DNA of 63,692 nt, filler included, from Candidatus Babelota bacterium (GTDB taxonomy: Bacteria; JAGOBX01), in NCBI GenBank assembly GCA_017999075.1. It is 8 parts of 8 records of this genome, joined end to end, with 100 filler letters (N's around TTAATTAATTAA, not from the genome) between each part and the next. Parts side by side here need not be neighbours in the genome. Positions count along the whole stretch, not along the records: positions 1 to 7,997 come from JAGOBX010000147.1; positions 8,098 to 16,092 come from JAGOBX010000148.1; 6 more parts are not named here. One strand, given 5' to 3'. Positions 1 through 9,197 of the stretch are shown piece after piece (position 1 is the first letter of the stretch; every line of letters starts with the position of its first letter). Under the pieces are notes generated by a model, which was not told where the DNA came from, made no database searches, and saw nothing but the letters and a program-made list of their open reading frames with translations. A program made the translations under genes and the position numbers.

Positions 1-1464
1 CATTTATTCTGTTTTATGGATACGACAGATATTGATAATGCAAAAAATAATTTGAAGCGTCGAGAAAAAGGAATAAAAGAGCAGCATGATTTTAATTTTA
101 TAAAAAAAGACGGAACAAAAATTAATGCTCATTTAGAGACTTCACCTCTTTATGACGACTTTGGTAATTATATAGGAGCGATAGCCGGAGTTATTGATAT
201 AACCTATAGAAAACAAACTGAAGAGCAATTATTAAAACACGAGAAGGAATTACAAATTAAAAATGAATTGTTAATTCAGATTAATTCGCGATTAAAAGAA
301 AAGGAAAAAATTTTAATTAAACGGCAATTGGAAATAATAAAGAACGCAAAAATGGCAAGTTTAGGTCAACTCGTAGCAGGAATAGCTCATGAAATAAATA
401 ATCCTAATAATTTTCTTTCAATAAATATTCCTGTGTTAAAACAATACTGGGAAGCATTGAAACCTATTTTAATTGATTCTTTAAACAAACAGCCTGAAAA
501 AAAATTAGGGAAAGTTTCTTATACTAAAATTACGAATGAAATTGAAATTTTAATTGATGAACTTCAAGATGGCAGCGATAGAATAAAAAAAATAGTATCA
601 AGTTTAAAGGATTTTTCACAACAATCAGTTAATTATTTTAAATTAATTTCAATCAATATTGCAATAGAAAAAAGCTTAACAATAGTTAAAAGCGGTATTT
701 CAAAAAAAACAAAAAATATAATTTTAAATTTACAGAATGATTTGCCTTCAATAAAAGGTGATGAAACCAAAATAATGCAAGTTATTATTAATCTTTTAAA
801 TAACGCGGCAGATGCAATTAATAAGAAAAATGACGGATATGTAAAAATAGAAACAAAATTAGTTGAAAAAAATTTAGTGATTTCTATTAGCGATAACGGT
901 TGCGGAATTGAAGCTGATAAAATGAAATATTTAATGGAACCTTTTTATACTACTAAAGCGGAATCTGGAGGAACAGGTTTGGGAATGCCTATTGTTTATG
1001 GTATTGTTAAAGAACACAATGCTGAATTATGCGTATTATCAAGTTTAAATTGGGGAACAAAAATAATAATACTCATACCTTATGGCGAAATCAATCCTGT
1101 TATCAATTCGGAAATATTGTTATTTGAATCTGATGAAAGTATCACAAAAAAATATACTTTGAATTTTACTGATTCCGGCTTGAACATTATTTCGTTTTGC
1201 AATTTTGATTTTTTATTGAACTATCTATATAGTGAAAATATTATAAATACAATTATTTTGAATATTGAAACATTGTCAGAAGACAGCATAGATTTTATTA
1301 TTAAATATAAAAATCGAAATCCGTGGGTCAAAATAATACTGATTTCCGAAAAAGAAATAATTGGACATATTCTTTTAGAATATAGTTTTAAAAACAGAAT
1401 TTTTTCGAAAATCAGCGAGTCTTTAACTGAATTAATTTTTATGATAAAGGATTATATGCTGTAA
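1..1464 (+). CDS. PAS/PAC sensor histidine kinase (NtrB-like) with degenerate C-terminal receiver-like domain; 5'-partial
   Basis: PAC motif (TSPLYDDFGNYIGAIAGVIDIT), H-box AHEINNP, N-box NLLNNAADA, G1 DNGCG, F/G2 PFYTTK..GGTGLG; frame open from base 1. Confidence 0.9.
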   Translation, partial: HLFCFMDTTDIDNAKNNLKRREKGIKEQHDFNFIKKDGTKINAHLETSPLYDDFGNYIGAIAGVIDITYRKQTEEQLLKHEKELQIKNELLIQINSRLKEKEKILIKRQLEIIKNAKMASLGQLVAGIAHEINNPNNFLSINIPVLKQYWEALKPILIDSLNKQPEKKLGKVSYTKITNEIEILIDELQDGSDRIKKIVSSLKDFSQQSVNYFKLISINIAIEKSLTIVKSGISKKTKNIILNLQNDLPSIKGDETKIMQVIINLLNNAADAINKKNDGYVKIETKLVEKNLVISISDNGCGIEADKMKYLMEPFYTTKAESGGTGLGMPIVYGIVKEHNAELCVLSSLNWGTKIIILIPYGEINPVINSEILLFESDESITKKYTLNFTDSGLNIISFCNFDFLLNYLYSENIINTIILNIETLSEDSIDFIIKYKNRNPWVKIILISEKEIIGHILLEYSFKNRIFSKISESLTELIFMIKDYML

Positions 1465-1466
1465 AG

Positions 1467-1990
1467 AGTGCGAAGTGCGAGGAGGTAAAAAAGTATGCAT
1501 TTGGAAATATATAAAACTGCTTATAGTGTTTGTATCGAATTTTATAAATTAATCCAAAAATATCCTAAAGAAGAAATATACGGTCTGGTTTCGCAAATGC
1601 GGCGCGCAGCAGTATCTATCCCATCAAATATTTCTGAAGGGTATAAAAGAAATAGCAAAAAGGAATTTGAACATTTTTTGTATATTAGTTTAGGGTCTAT
1701 AGGTGAATTAGAAACACAAATAAAAATTTCCAAAGATTTAGAATATATATTAAAAAATGAATGTGAAAATATTATTGAAAAACTTAATAGTTTAGAAGAA
1801 ATGATACATTGATTTATAAGTGGTATGAGGAAGCGTGAAGAATAAGTGCGAGGCGCAATGTGACAAGAAGTGAAATGTAGTTTGTTGATGGTCGAAAAAA
1901 TGGAAAAAGAAAAATCAAGGATAGAGCCAATAATAGATGCATTGGATTATATAGAGCATGAAAAACATTTCTCTCTTCGCACCTCGAACT
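1467..1990. repeat. Tandem heptamer inverted-repeat (panhandle) pair enclosing the four-helix-bundle gene
   Basis: AGTGCGA x2 at 1467-1480 and again at 1845-1851; TCGCACC-TCGAACT at 1977-1990 (reverse complement AGTTCGA-GGTGCGA). Confidence 0.6.
1495..1812 (+). CDS. Four-helix-bundle protein (23S rRNA IVP / TIGR02436-like family), possibly C-terminally clipped
   Basis: Signature YPKEEIYGLVSQMRRAAVSIPSNISEG...F..FLYISLGSIGELETQ; SD GGAGG at 1481-1485. Confidence 0.9.
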   Translation: MHLEIYKTAYSVCIEFYKLIQKYPKEEIYGLVSQMRRAAVSIPSNISEGYKRNSKKEFEHFLYISLGSIGELETQIKISKDLEYILKNECENIIEKLNSLEEMIH

Positions 1991-2010
1991 ATTTCAATAT
2001 GGAGTAAATA

Positions 2011-3333
2011 ATGAAAATACTGATAATTGATGACGAAATAAATACTTGCAAAGCATTAAATAGAATGCTTGAATTAAATTCTTATATGGATGTAGAATAT
2101 TACACAGATATTTTAAATGCTGAAAAAGCAATTTATTCAAATGAATTTGATATAGTATTGCTTGATTTAATGATGCCGGAAAAAAACGGACAGACGATTT
2201 TGAGCGAAGCAAAAGCAAAAGACATTAGATCAGAATTTATAATCCTTACCGCAGTTAATGATATTCCAACAGTTATTGAATGTATAAAAACAGGCGCTTT
2301 TAATTATATTTTAAAGCCGATTGATAATAAAATGCTTTTAGCGTCATTGAAAAAAATTGAAGAAATAATAAGTTTGAAAACATCTTTAAATTTATTTACT
2401 ACAAATATGCCGATTGATATAAATAAAAATTTTTCAAAAATTATTACCAATGATACTAATTTTAAAAAAATAATTAATTATGCAGCCAAACTTGCGAAAA
2501 CTGACTGCAATATATTATTAAACGGTGCAACCGGCACTGGGAAGGAATTATTTGCCGAAGCCATCCATCGTGAAAGTACAAGATGCGATAAAAATTTCGT
2601 TCCTGTTAATATTAATGCAATTCCAAAAAATTTATTTGAAAGCATTCTATTTGGTCATAAAAAAGGTTCGTTTACAGGTGCTTATAAAGATGAAGCAGGA
2701 CTTGTAAAAAAAGCAGACGAAGGCTCATTATTTCTTGATGAAATCGGAGATATTGATATTGAAAATCAAGTCAAACTTTTGAGACTTATTGATTCTAAAG
2801 AATATTATCCTGTTGGGAGCAGTAAAGTGGAATATTCTGACTTTCGACTTATAACCGCAACTAACAAAAATTTGAAATCAGCAGTTGAAAATGGAAAATT
2901 CAGGGCTGATTTATATTACCGTTTAAAATCAGGATACATATATCTGCCTCCTTTAAATGAACGTGGAACCGATATTGTCATAATATCAAAAGAACTAATA
3001 AAACGTTTTTCAAATAAATATAAAAATCAAAAAGAATTGTCGGCGGAATTTTTATTTGAATTACAGAATATGAATTTCCCGGGTAATTTTCGAGAATTAT
3101 ATTCTTTTTTAGAAGAAGTGTATTTTAAAAGCCCAAATAATTTAATTGCAAAAGATTTTTTCCATAATTTAAATTTTACAAAAGTTTCTACGATATCAAC
3201 CTTTTGCACGCTAAAAGAAAATCATATAAAAAGGGCATTACAAACGTCGGAAACAAAAGAAAAAGCAGCTGAATTGCTTGGTATATCCCGCGCGCAATTA
3301 TATAGATATATCAAAAAATATGAAATAAAATAA
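2011..3333 (+). CDS. NtrC-family sigma54-dependent response regulator (REC-AAA+-HTH)
   Basis: REC (IIDDE, LLDLMMP, KP), Walker A GATGTGKE, ESILFGHKKGSFTGA, LFLDEIG, FRADLYYRL, FPGNFREL, C-terminal HTH AAELLGISRAQLY. Confidence 0.93.
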   Translation: MKILIIDDEINTCKALNRMLELNSYMDVEYYTDILNAEKAIYSNEFDIVLLDLMMPEKNGQTILSEAKAKDIRSEFIILTAVNDIPTVIECIKTGAFNYILKPIDNKMLLASLKKIEEIISLKTSLNLFTTNMPIDINKNFSKIITNDTNFKKIINYAAKLAKTDCNILLNGATGTGKELFAEAIHRESTRCDKNFVPVNINAIPKNLFESILFGHKKGSFTGAYKDEAGLVKKADEGSLFLDEIGDIDIENQVKLLRLIDSKEYYPVGSSKVEYSDFRLITATNKNLKSAVENGKFRADLYYRLKSGYIYLPPLNERGTDIVIISKELIKRFSNKYKNQKELSAEFLFELQNMNFPGNFRELYSFLEEVYFKSPNNLIAKDFFHNLNFTKVSTISTFCTLKENHIKRALQTSETKEKAAELLGISRAQLYRYIKKYEIK

Positions 3334-3406
3334 GGATCTGCTCCTTTTACTATTTTTCTATTTATGCCGGTGCCCATATACGTTTTTTTTCGATTTAAAA
3401 TATCTG

Positions 3407-3456
3407 TTGTCTCTCTATTGAGACAAAATCATTTGTCCTGTCTCATTTCAGAAACA
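3407..3456. promoter_or_regulatory. Two palindromic boxes, candidate enhancer (UAS) for the adjacent sigma54 activator
   Basis: TGTCTC-N6-GAGACA at 3408-3425 and TGTCTC-N6-GAAACA at 3439-3456, 31 bp apart. Confidence 0.6.
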
Positions 3457-3651
3457 TAATTCTAAAGCATTAAATCAGTATCATCAAACTAATTATTTGC
3501 TAACAATGATGTTCGTAAAATTTTTTTAAAAATTTATTTTAATTGCTATAATTGTATACGTAAAATAATTAAACTAAGATGCATATTTTATTAATTTTTA
3601 CATCGGATTGGAATTATCTAATAATTTTGTACCTTTTTGAATAGGTGAAAA

Positions 3652-4710
3652 ATGGGATATAGCCCTGAAATAAAAAATATTATTATTATTGATGATGAAG
3701 AAATTATATGTAAATCATTAGAACGATTATTGGGAATTAATAATTATAATACAATGTCGTTTTTATCTGCAGAAGATGCTATTACGTTTCTTGAAACAAA
3801 TCAGCGTGATACCCCTGAATTGATAATTACTGATTATAATTTAAAAAAGCAGAATGGTATTGAATTGTTGGAAAAATTAAAAAAAAATTATCCTGAAATC
3901 AGTGTTATTATTATAACCGGTTATGGTTATAAAGAATTAGTTATTGAAAGTTTGAGATTTGGAGCGGATGATTTTATTGATAAACCTTTTAATTCTGAAA
4001 ATATAATAGATTCAATAAAAAAAATTAATAATAAACGTATATCTAATTATAAAATTCATAAACAAAAAAGTTCATCTATAATGCACGAAATTAATAATCA
4101 TTTATCAATAATGAAAAACAGCGCTCACCTTTTAAAAATTGATAAAAATAGCTATTCTGAAATTTCTGATATTTTGAACAATCAAATAGATTTAATGAAT
4201 GAAACTATTAAAACGATTCTATCTCCTGAAAATTTTGTTGCTTCTTCAATAAAAATAATAAAGGGAAACTTTAATATAAGCACTCTTATTAAAACTGTTA
4301 TATTACTTCTTGAAAATAATGCTGCCGATAAAAATATAAAAATTGAAACCGAATTGATTGATACAAATATATCCGGTGATATAAATTATGTGCGTCAGGT
4401 GATTATGAATATTTTACTGAATGCAATTATATATTCCCCCCCCCACACCAGCATTAAAATTAATATGAAGAATGAAAAACAACATATTATTATTGAAATA
4501 GCTGATGAAGGAATTGGAATTCAGGATAAATTTAAAGAAAAAATTTTTGATTATGGTTTTAGAATTAACCAGGAAATAAAAGGATGCGGAATAGGTTTGT
4601 TTTTTGCAAAAAATGTATTGAATGCGCATGACGGTAGAATAGAAGTAATTGATAATCGGCCGCGAGGAAGCATATTTAGAATAATTTTAAATTTAATTGA
4701 AAATAGATAA
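3652..4710 (+). CDS. Hybrid response regulator-histidine kinase (REC-HisKA-HATPase)
   Basis: IIDDE, ITDYNL, KPF; MHEINNHL; NILLNAIIYS; DEGIGI; GCGIGL. Confidence 0.9.
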   Translation: MGYSPEIKNIIIIDDEEIICKSLERLLGINNYNTMSFLSAEDAITFLETNQRDTPELIITDYNLKKQNGIELLEKLKKNYPEISVIIITGYGYKELVIESLRFGADDFIDKPFNSENIIDSIKKINNKRISNYKIHKQKSSSIMHEINNHLSIMKNSAHLLKIDKNSYSEISDILNNQIDLMNETIKTILSPENFVASSIKIIKGNFNISTLIKTVILLLENNAADKNIKIETELIDTNISGDINYVRQVIMNILLNAIIYSPPHTSIKINMKNEKQHIIIEIADEGIGIQDKFKEKIFDYGFRINQEIKGCGIGLFFAKNVLNAHDGRIEVIDNRPRGSIFRIILNLIENR

Positions 4711-4753
4711 TGAATAATATAATAAAGGATAAAATTGAAAAAATTAAAACTAA

Positions 4754-4780
4754 AATTCGTAATTCTGAATTCATAATTAT
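4754..4780. repeat. Short tandem heptamer array AATTC(GT/TG/AT)
   Basis: AATTCGT-AATTCTG-AATTCAT-AATTAT just upstream of the cheR RBS. Confidence 0.45.
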
Positions 4781-4795
4781 TTTTAGTGGTGAACT

Positions 4796-5593
4796 ATGGA
4801 ATTATTAAGAAGAGATTTTGAAATATTCAGAAAAATAATATACGATTTGTGCGGGATTTGTATAACCGAACAAAAGAAAGAACTTCTAAAAAACCGGCTT
4901 AATAAGAGAATAATGGCATTGAAATTAGAGTCTTTTTCTGATTATCGGAAACTTATTAATGAAACAAAAAATAATTCTGAAATAGAGTTTTTGATAAATG
5001 CCATATCCACAAATAAAACAGAATTTTACAGGGAAATCAAGCATTTTAATATTTTTACAGATATTTTATCTTCAAAATATAAAAATAATAATAATGAACT
5101 TTTTGTATGGAGTGCCGCCTGTTCATCAGGCGAAGAACCTTATTCTATTGTAATGACAATACTTGAAAATTTACCTGATGCTTCTCATCGAAAAATTAAA
5201 ATTCTTGCTACCGATATAGATACTGATGTTCTTAATAAAGCGCAGGCCGGCGTATATTCAAGAGAACAGATTTCAGTGGTTCCTTATATTCAACAAAAAA
5301 AGTATTTTACCTCAAATAATGGAAGCGTTATAATAAAAAATATTATAAAAGATTTTATAAGTTTCAGACAATTGAATTTAATTAAAGAATTTCCATTCAA
5401 TAAGAAATTTGATTTTATTTTTTGCAGAAATGTAATGATATATTTTGATTTAGAAACTCAAAAAAAATTGGTGGATAAAATTTATGAGTTGACTAACCCG
5501 TCAGGTTATTTATTTGTAGGGCATACGGAATCATTAAGCAAGTTGGATATAAAATTTGATTATGTTTGTCCATCGGTGTATCAGAAGAATTAG
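4796..5593 (+). CDS. cheR: Chemotaxis protein-glutamate methyltransferase
   Basis: STNKTEFYRE, WSAACSSGEEPYS, ATDID, FCRNVMIYFD, GYLFVGHTES. Confidence 0.95.
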   Translation: MELLRRDFEIFRKIIYDLCGICITEQKKELLKNRLNKRIMALKLESFSDYRKLINETKNNSEIEFLINAISTNKTEFYREIKHFNIFTDILSSKYKNNNNELFVWSAACSSGEEPYSIVMTILENLPDASHRKIKILATDIDTDVLNKAQAGVYSREQISVVPYIQQKKYFTSNNGSVIIKNIIKDFISFRQLNLIKEFPFNKKFDFIFCRNVMIYFDLETQKKLVDKIYELTNPSGYLFVGHTESLSKLDIKFDYVCPSVYQKN

Positions 5594-5792
5594 GGACAAA
5601 GGCACAGAGGGACAAAGTATTTAAAAGATTATAGAAATATTTTTTAAAGGTTTATGGTCATTATAAGAATTCAGGATTATTAATTATGAAAACAAAATAC
5701 GAAACAAATTTACAGATAAAAATTGAAAACTTGGTAATTATTCACAGAGCAAAAAAATATTTGTACCTTTGCACCCATGTGCCTTTGTCCCT
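5592..5792. repeat. Tandem octamer inverted-repeat (panhandle) element
   Basis: Left arm GGGACAAA-GGCACAGA-GGGACAAA (5593-5616); right arm TTTGTACC-TTTGCACC-CATGTGCC-TTTGTCCC (5760-5791); outer 15 bp (5592-5606 and 5778-5792) perfectly complementary. Confidence 0.8.
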
Positions 5793-5820
5793 GTTTTTAT
5801 AATAGCATTGAGGGAAAACA

Positions 5821-6183
5821 ATGAAAATACTAATAATCGATGACAAAGAACCCATAACAAAACTTGTTGCATTTGATTTGGAAAATAATGGATATTCAGT
5901 TTTTACTTCAAACAGCGGAATAAGCGGTTTGCATAAAATGAGAAGAGAAAAAATTGATTTGATAGTTCTTGATATTGAAATGCCTGATTTGTCCGGTCTT
6001 GATATTTTAAGAATTATGAAAACAGATGCTAAATTAAAAAATATTAAAGTAATTGTTTTATCAGGAGTAATTCATTATAAAGAAGCTGCCGCAGCACTTG
6101 GATGTGATGATTTTATCGCCAAACCTTTTACATCTGTTCAACTTATTGAGAAAATTAAAATAAATTTAAAAAATGGACTATGA
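5821..6183 (+). CDS. Single-domain response regulator (CheY-like)
   Basis: IIDD, VLDIEMP, LSG, KPF motifs; 120 aa. Confidence 0.9.
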   Translation: MKILIIDDKEPITKLVAFDLENNGYSVFTSNSGISGLHKMRREKIDLIVLDIEMPDLSGLDILRIMKTDAKLKNIKVIVLSGVIHYKEAAAALGCDDFIAKPFTSVQLIEKIKINLKNGL

Positions 6184-7997
6184 TGTGGACAAGGAAAAAT
6201 TACTGCAATTAAAAAATCAGGTTGAACCTTTTCTGAATGATTTAAACAAAATAGTAATTCTTAATGATATGACTATTGAAGATGTCAGAGTTTTATCGGA
6301 GATAAGTATAATTTCAAACAAAATATCTGAAATTTTCAAACAATATAATATAAATTTTTTAGCGGATAGTTTTAATGCAATAGATTTAATGATTAATACG
6401 ACAATGTTTGGAAATATAGAATACTCGATAGCTTTATCATATTCAATGCATCTAATTGAAATTTTATCTGAAACGCTTGAAGTATATTTTATTGGCGGAA
6501 TTTTACAAAATAAAACTATTATTCAAAGTTATCAGGATATGCTTTTCAACTGGACAGAGAAAAACATACCATTAGAAGAAAAATTTCATGATGAGACTGA
6601 AATTAAAGATGAAGATGAAAATATTTTTAAAAAAATTGCAGATTTAAAAGGATTTCCTTCGCTTCCTGAAAATTTAAAAGAATTAAATGGTTTGTTTATA
6701 AATTTTTCGCTTGAAAACCTTGAATTTATTGATGATTTTATTTCTGAAAGTTATGAAATTCTTTCATTAACTGTACAAAAACTTCTTGACATTGAAAAAA
6801 ACTGTAATGATTACGAATTGATAAATGAAATTTTTCGTTCTATACATACTATTAAAGGGTCTGCTGGTTTTTTGGGGTTAACTGAAATGACTGTAGTTTC
6901 ACATTGGACAGAAACATTGCTTGATAAATGCCGCAATAATGAAATTAAGTTTAATTCTGATATTATTGATGTAATTTTGAAATCAACAGATATTTTAAAA
7001 GAACTTCTTAAAAATATTCAACTGAAAGTAAAAGAATTAAGAGGCGAACAAAAAAATATTGAGTTAAAAGAAATTTTTATTGAAAATATTTTAAATAGTC
7101 TTGTGAACGTGATTACAGATAATTCAAAAATAAAAGATGAATCAAAAGAAAATTTATCTGATAAAAATTTAAAAAATGTCAAAACTAAAACCTCCATCAT
7201 AAACCATAACGAAAAACAAAATAAAGAAATTGTAAAATCAATTCAAAACAATGATGAACTGCAAACTGATTCTATACGCATTCCTATTAATAAATTAGAC
7301 AGTCTTTATGAAATGATAGGAGAAACTCTTATATCAGTTTCTATATTAAAACAAAGTGCAGTTTTATTAAAAAATTCAGATAAAAGCTTTATAGAAAAGA
7401 TTGATTATCTTGATATGTTGACTGACCAGCTTCAAATGCGAATGTTGAAAATGCGTATGTTTCCAATAAAATCTGTTTATGATAAGCTGAACAGGCAGGT
7501 TCGCGATTTAATTAAAAAATCAGGGAAATCTGTTGATTTCAGTGTTTTTGGCGGTGAAACAGAAGTTGATAAAATTATAATTGACGAAATATTTGCGCCT
7601 CTGACTCATATTATTAGAAATTCAATGGACCATGGATTAGAAATGCCAGACCGGAGATTTGCAAAAGGCAAAAATAAAACTGGAATGATAAAATTGAAAA
7701 CTGAAAACCGCGGCGATAATGTGATTATTGAAATATTTGATGATGGCAGTGGTTTAAATAAAAATAAGATTCTTTCAAAAGCTATTGAAAAACAATTAAT
7801 TATAGAACAGGATAAACTTGATGATAGTGAAATTTATAATTTTATTTTTGCACCTGGATTTTCTACTGCCGATGCTGTAACTGAAATTTTCGGTCGGGGT
7901 GTCGGGATGGATGTAGTAAAAAAAACAATTGATAAATTAGGTGGAAAAATTGATATTGAAACAGAAATTGATAAATTTACTAAAATTACAATAACAC
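6173..7997 (+). CDS. cheA: Chemotaxis histidine kinase CheA; 3'-partial
   Basis: Hpt IFRSIHTIKGSAG, dimerisation IRIPINKLD, LTHIIRNSMDHGLE, DDGSG, FAPGFSTA, GRGVGMDVV; runs into spacer. Confidence 0.93.
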
Positions 7998-8097
7998 NNN
8001 NNNNNNNNNNNNNNNNNNNNNNNNNNNNNNNNNNNNNNNNNTTAATTAATTAANNNNNNNNNNNNNNNNNNNNNNNNNNNNNNNNNNNNNNNNNNNN
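7998..8097. other. Artificial contig spacer
   Basis: 100 nt of N around TTAATTAATTAA (stops in all six frames). Confidence 0.99.
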
Positions 8098-8098
8098 C

Positions 8099-8380
8099 AC
8101 ATATTCTCTTGAAGTAACTTTAAAGGGGTTAAGAAAAAAAGATGGGATGGTGATAGATTTTAATATTGTAAAAAATATAGTTCAAACTGAAATCATTTCC
8201 AATATTGATCACAAATATATTAACGAAATAATTACAATTTCTACAGCAGAAAATATTTCAGAATGGATATGGAAAATTCTAAAAAAAAAATTTTCAGAAT
8301 ATGACGTAGATTTATTTGAAATAAAATTATATGAAGGGATTAATTCTTTTATAACATACCGCGGCGGAAAAAATTTTTGA
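8099..8380 (+). CDS. queD: 6-carboxy-5,6,7,8-tetrahydropterin synthase; 5'-partial
   Basis: Frame open from contig start: TYSLEVTLKG...GMVIDF...IDHKYIN...STAENI...LYE; upstream of queE. Confidence 0.88.
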   Translation, partial: TYSLEVTLKGLRKKDGMVIDFNIVKNIVQTEIISNIDHKYINEIITISTAENISEWIWKILKKKFSEYDVDLFEIKLYEGINSFITYRGGKNF

Positions 8381-8428
8381 ACTGATTTCAGTTAAATTAG
8401 TAAAAAATATATAGCTCAAATAAACATT

Positions 8429-9193
8429 ATGGTGTTAAAAAAATTAGAACAACAAAATTCTGAATTTAAAAAAACTGATTTAATTGAAATATTTTTTTCT
8501 TTACAAGGGGAAGGATTGTTTGCAGGAATTCCGCAAGTTTTTATACGTTTTTCAGGATGTAACTTAAACTGCAGTTATTGCGATACTAAAACAAGATTTT
8601 TTAACCAATGTAAAATTCATTATAACACTATTGATACAAAATTTAAACACACAGAAATATCCAATCCTGTATCAGTATCTCAGTTAAAAAAAATTCTAAA
8701 TAAATTTGATAAAATTAAATATCATTCTATCTCTCTTACAGGAAATGAACCTTTGATTTCATCAGAATTTATAAAAAATTTTATTTCTGAAATGCAAGAA
8801 AAAATTTTTTTTCTTGAGACCAATGGAACTTTACCGGAAAATTTAAAAAAAATAATTAAGTATATTGATATTGTCTCTATGGATTTTAAACCTAATTCTA
8901 TTACAAAAAATAAATTGGATTATTCTGTTTACAATGAATTTATTGAAATTGCTTCACGAAAAAAATTATATATTAAATTAGCTGTAAACTCAAAATTATC
9001 CGAACAGGACATTGAAGTTTTTATGAATTTAAGAATAAAAAAAAATATTCCTATTATAATTCAACCATTATTTTCTAAAACTATAATAAAAAAAGAAATG
9101 ATGTTTTTAATACACCTGCAACAATATTTGATGAACTATTTTAGCGAGGTAAGAATTATCCCTCAGATCCATAAATTTTTAAAAATTCAATAA
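8429..9193 (+). CDS. queE: 7-carboxy-7-deazaguanine synthase (radical SAM)
   Basis: EIFFSLQGEG, FIRFSGCNLNCSYCDT, LETNGT, PQIHK. Confidence 0.92.
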   Translation: MVLKKLEQQNSEFKKTDLIEIFFSLQGEGLFAGIPQVFIRFSGCNLNCSYCDTKTRFFNQCKIHYNTIDTKFKHTEISNPVSVSQLKKILNKFDKIKYHSISLTGNEPLISSEFIKNFISEMQEKIFFLETNGTLPENLKKIIKYIDIVSMDFKPNSITKNKLDYSVYNEFIEIASRKKLYIKLAVNSKLSEQDIEVFMNLRIKKNIPIIIQPLFSKTIIKKEMMFLIHLQQYLMNYFSEVRIIPQIHKFLKIQ

Positions 9194-9197
9194 ATAA

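Noticed and set aside
1495..1812. Four-helix-bundle protein as the Avd of a diversity-generating retroelement, or as part of a 23S rRNA intervening sequence
   Set aside because: No reverse transcriptase, no TR/VR repeat pair and no rRNA sequence on this contig.
3456..3651. sigma54 -24/-12 promoter
   Set aside because: No GG-N10-GC with correct spacing found by eye.
5592..5792. CRISPR array
   Set aside because: Units are 8 nt, contiguous and inverted, with no spacers and no cas genes.
8099..9193. queD/queE as a deazaguanine DNA-modification or defence island
   Set aside because: No dpdA-like or other defence genes are visible; ordinary queuosine synthesis is sufficient, although upstream context is missing.
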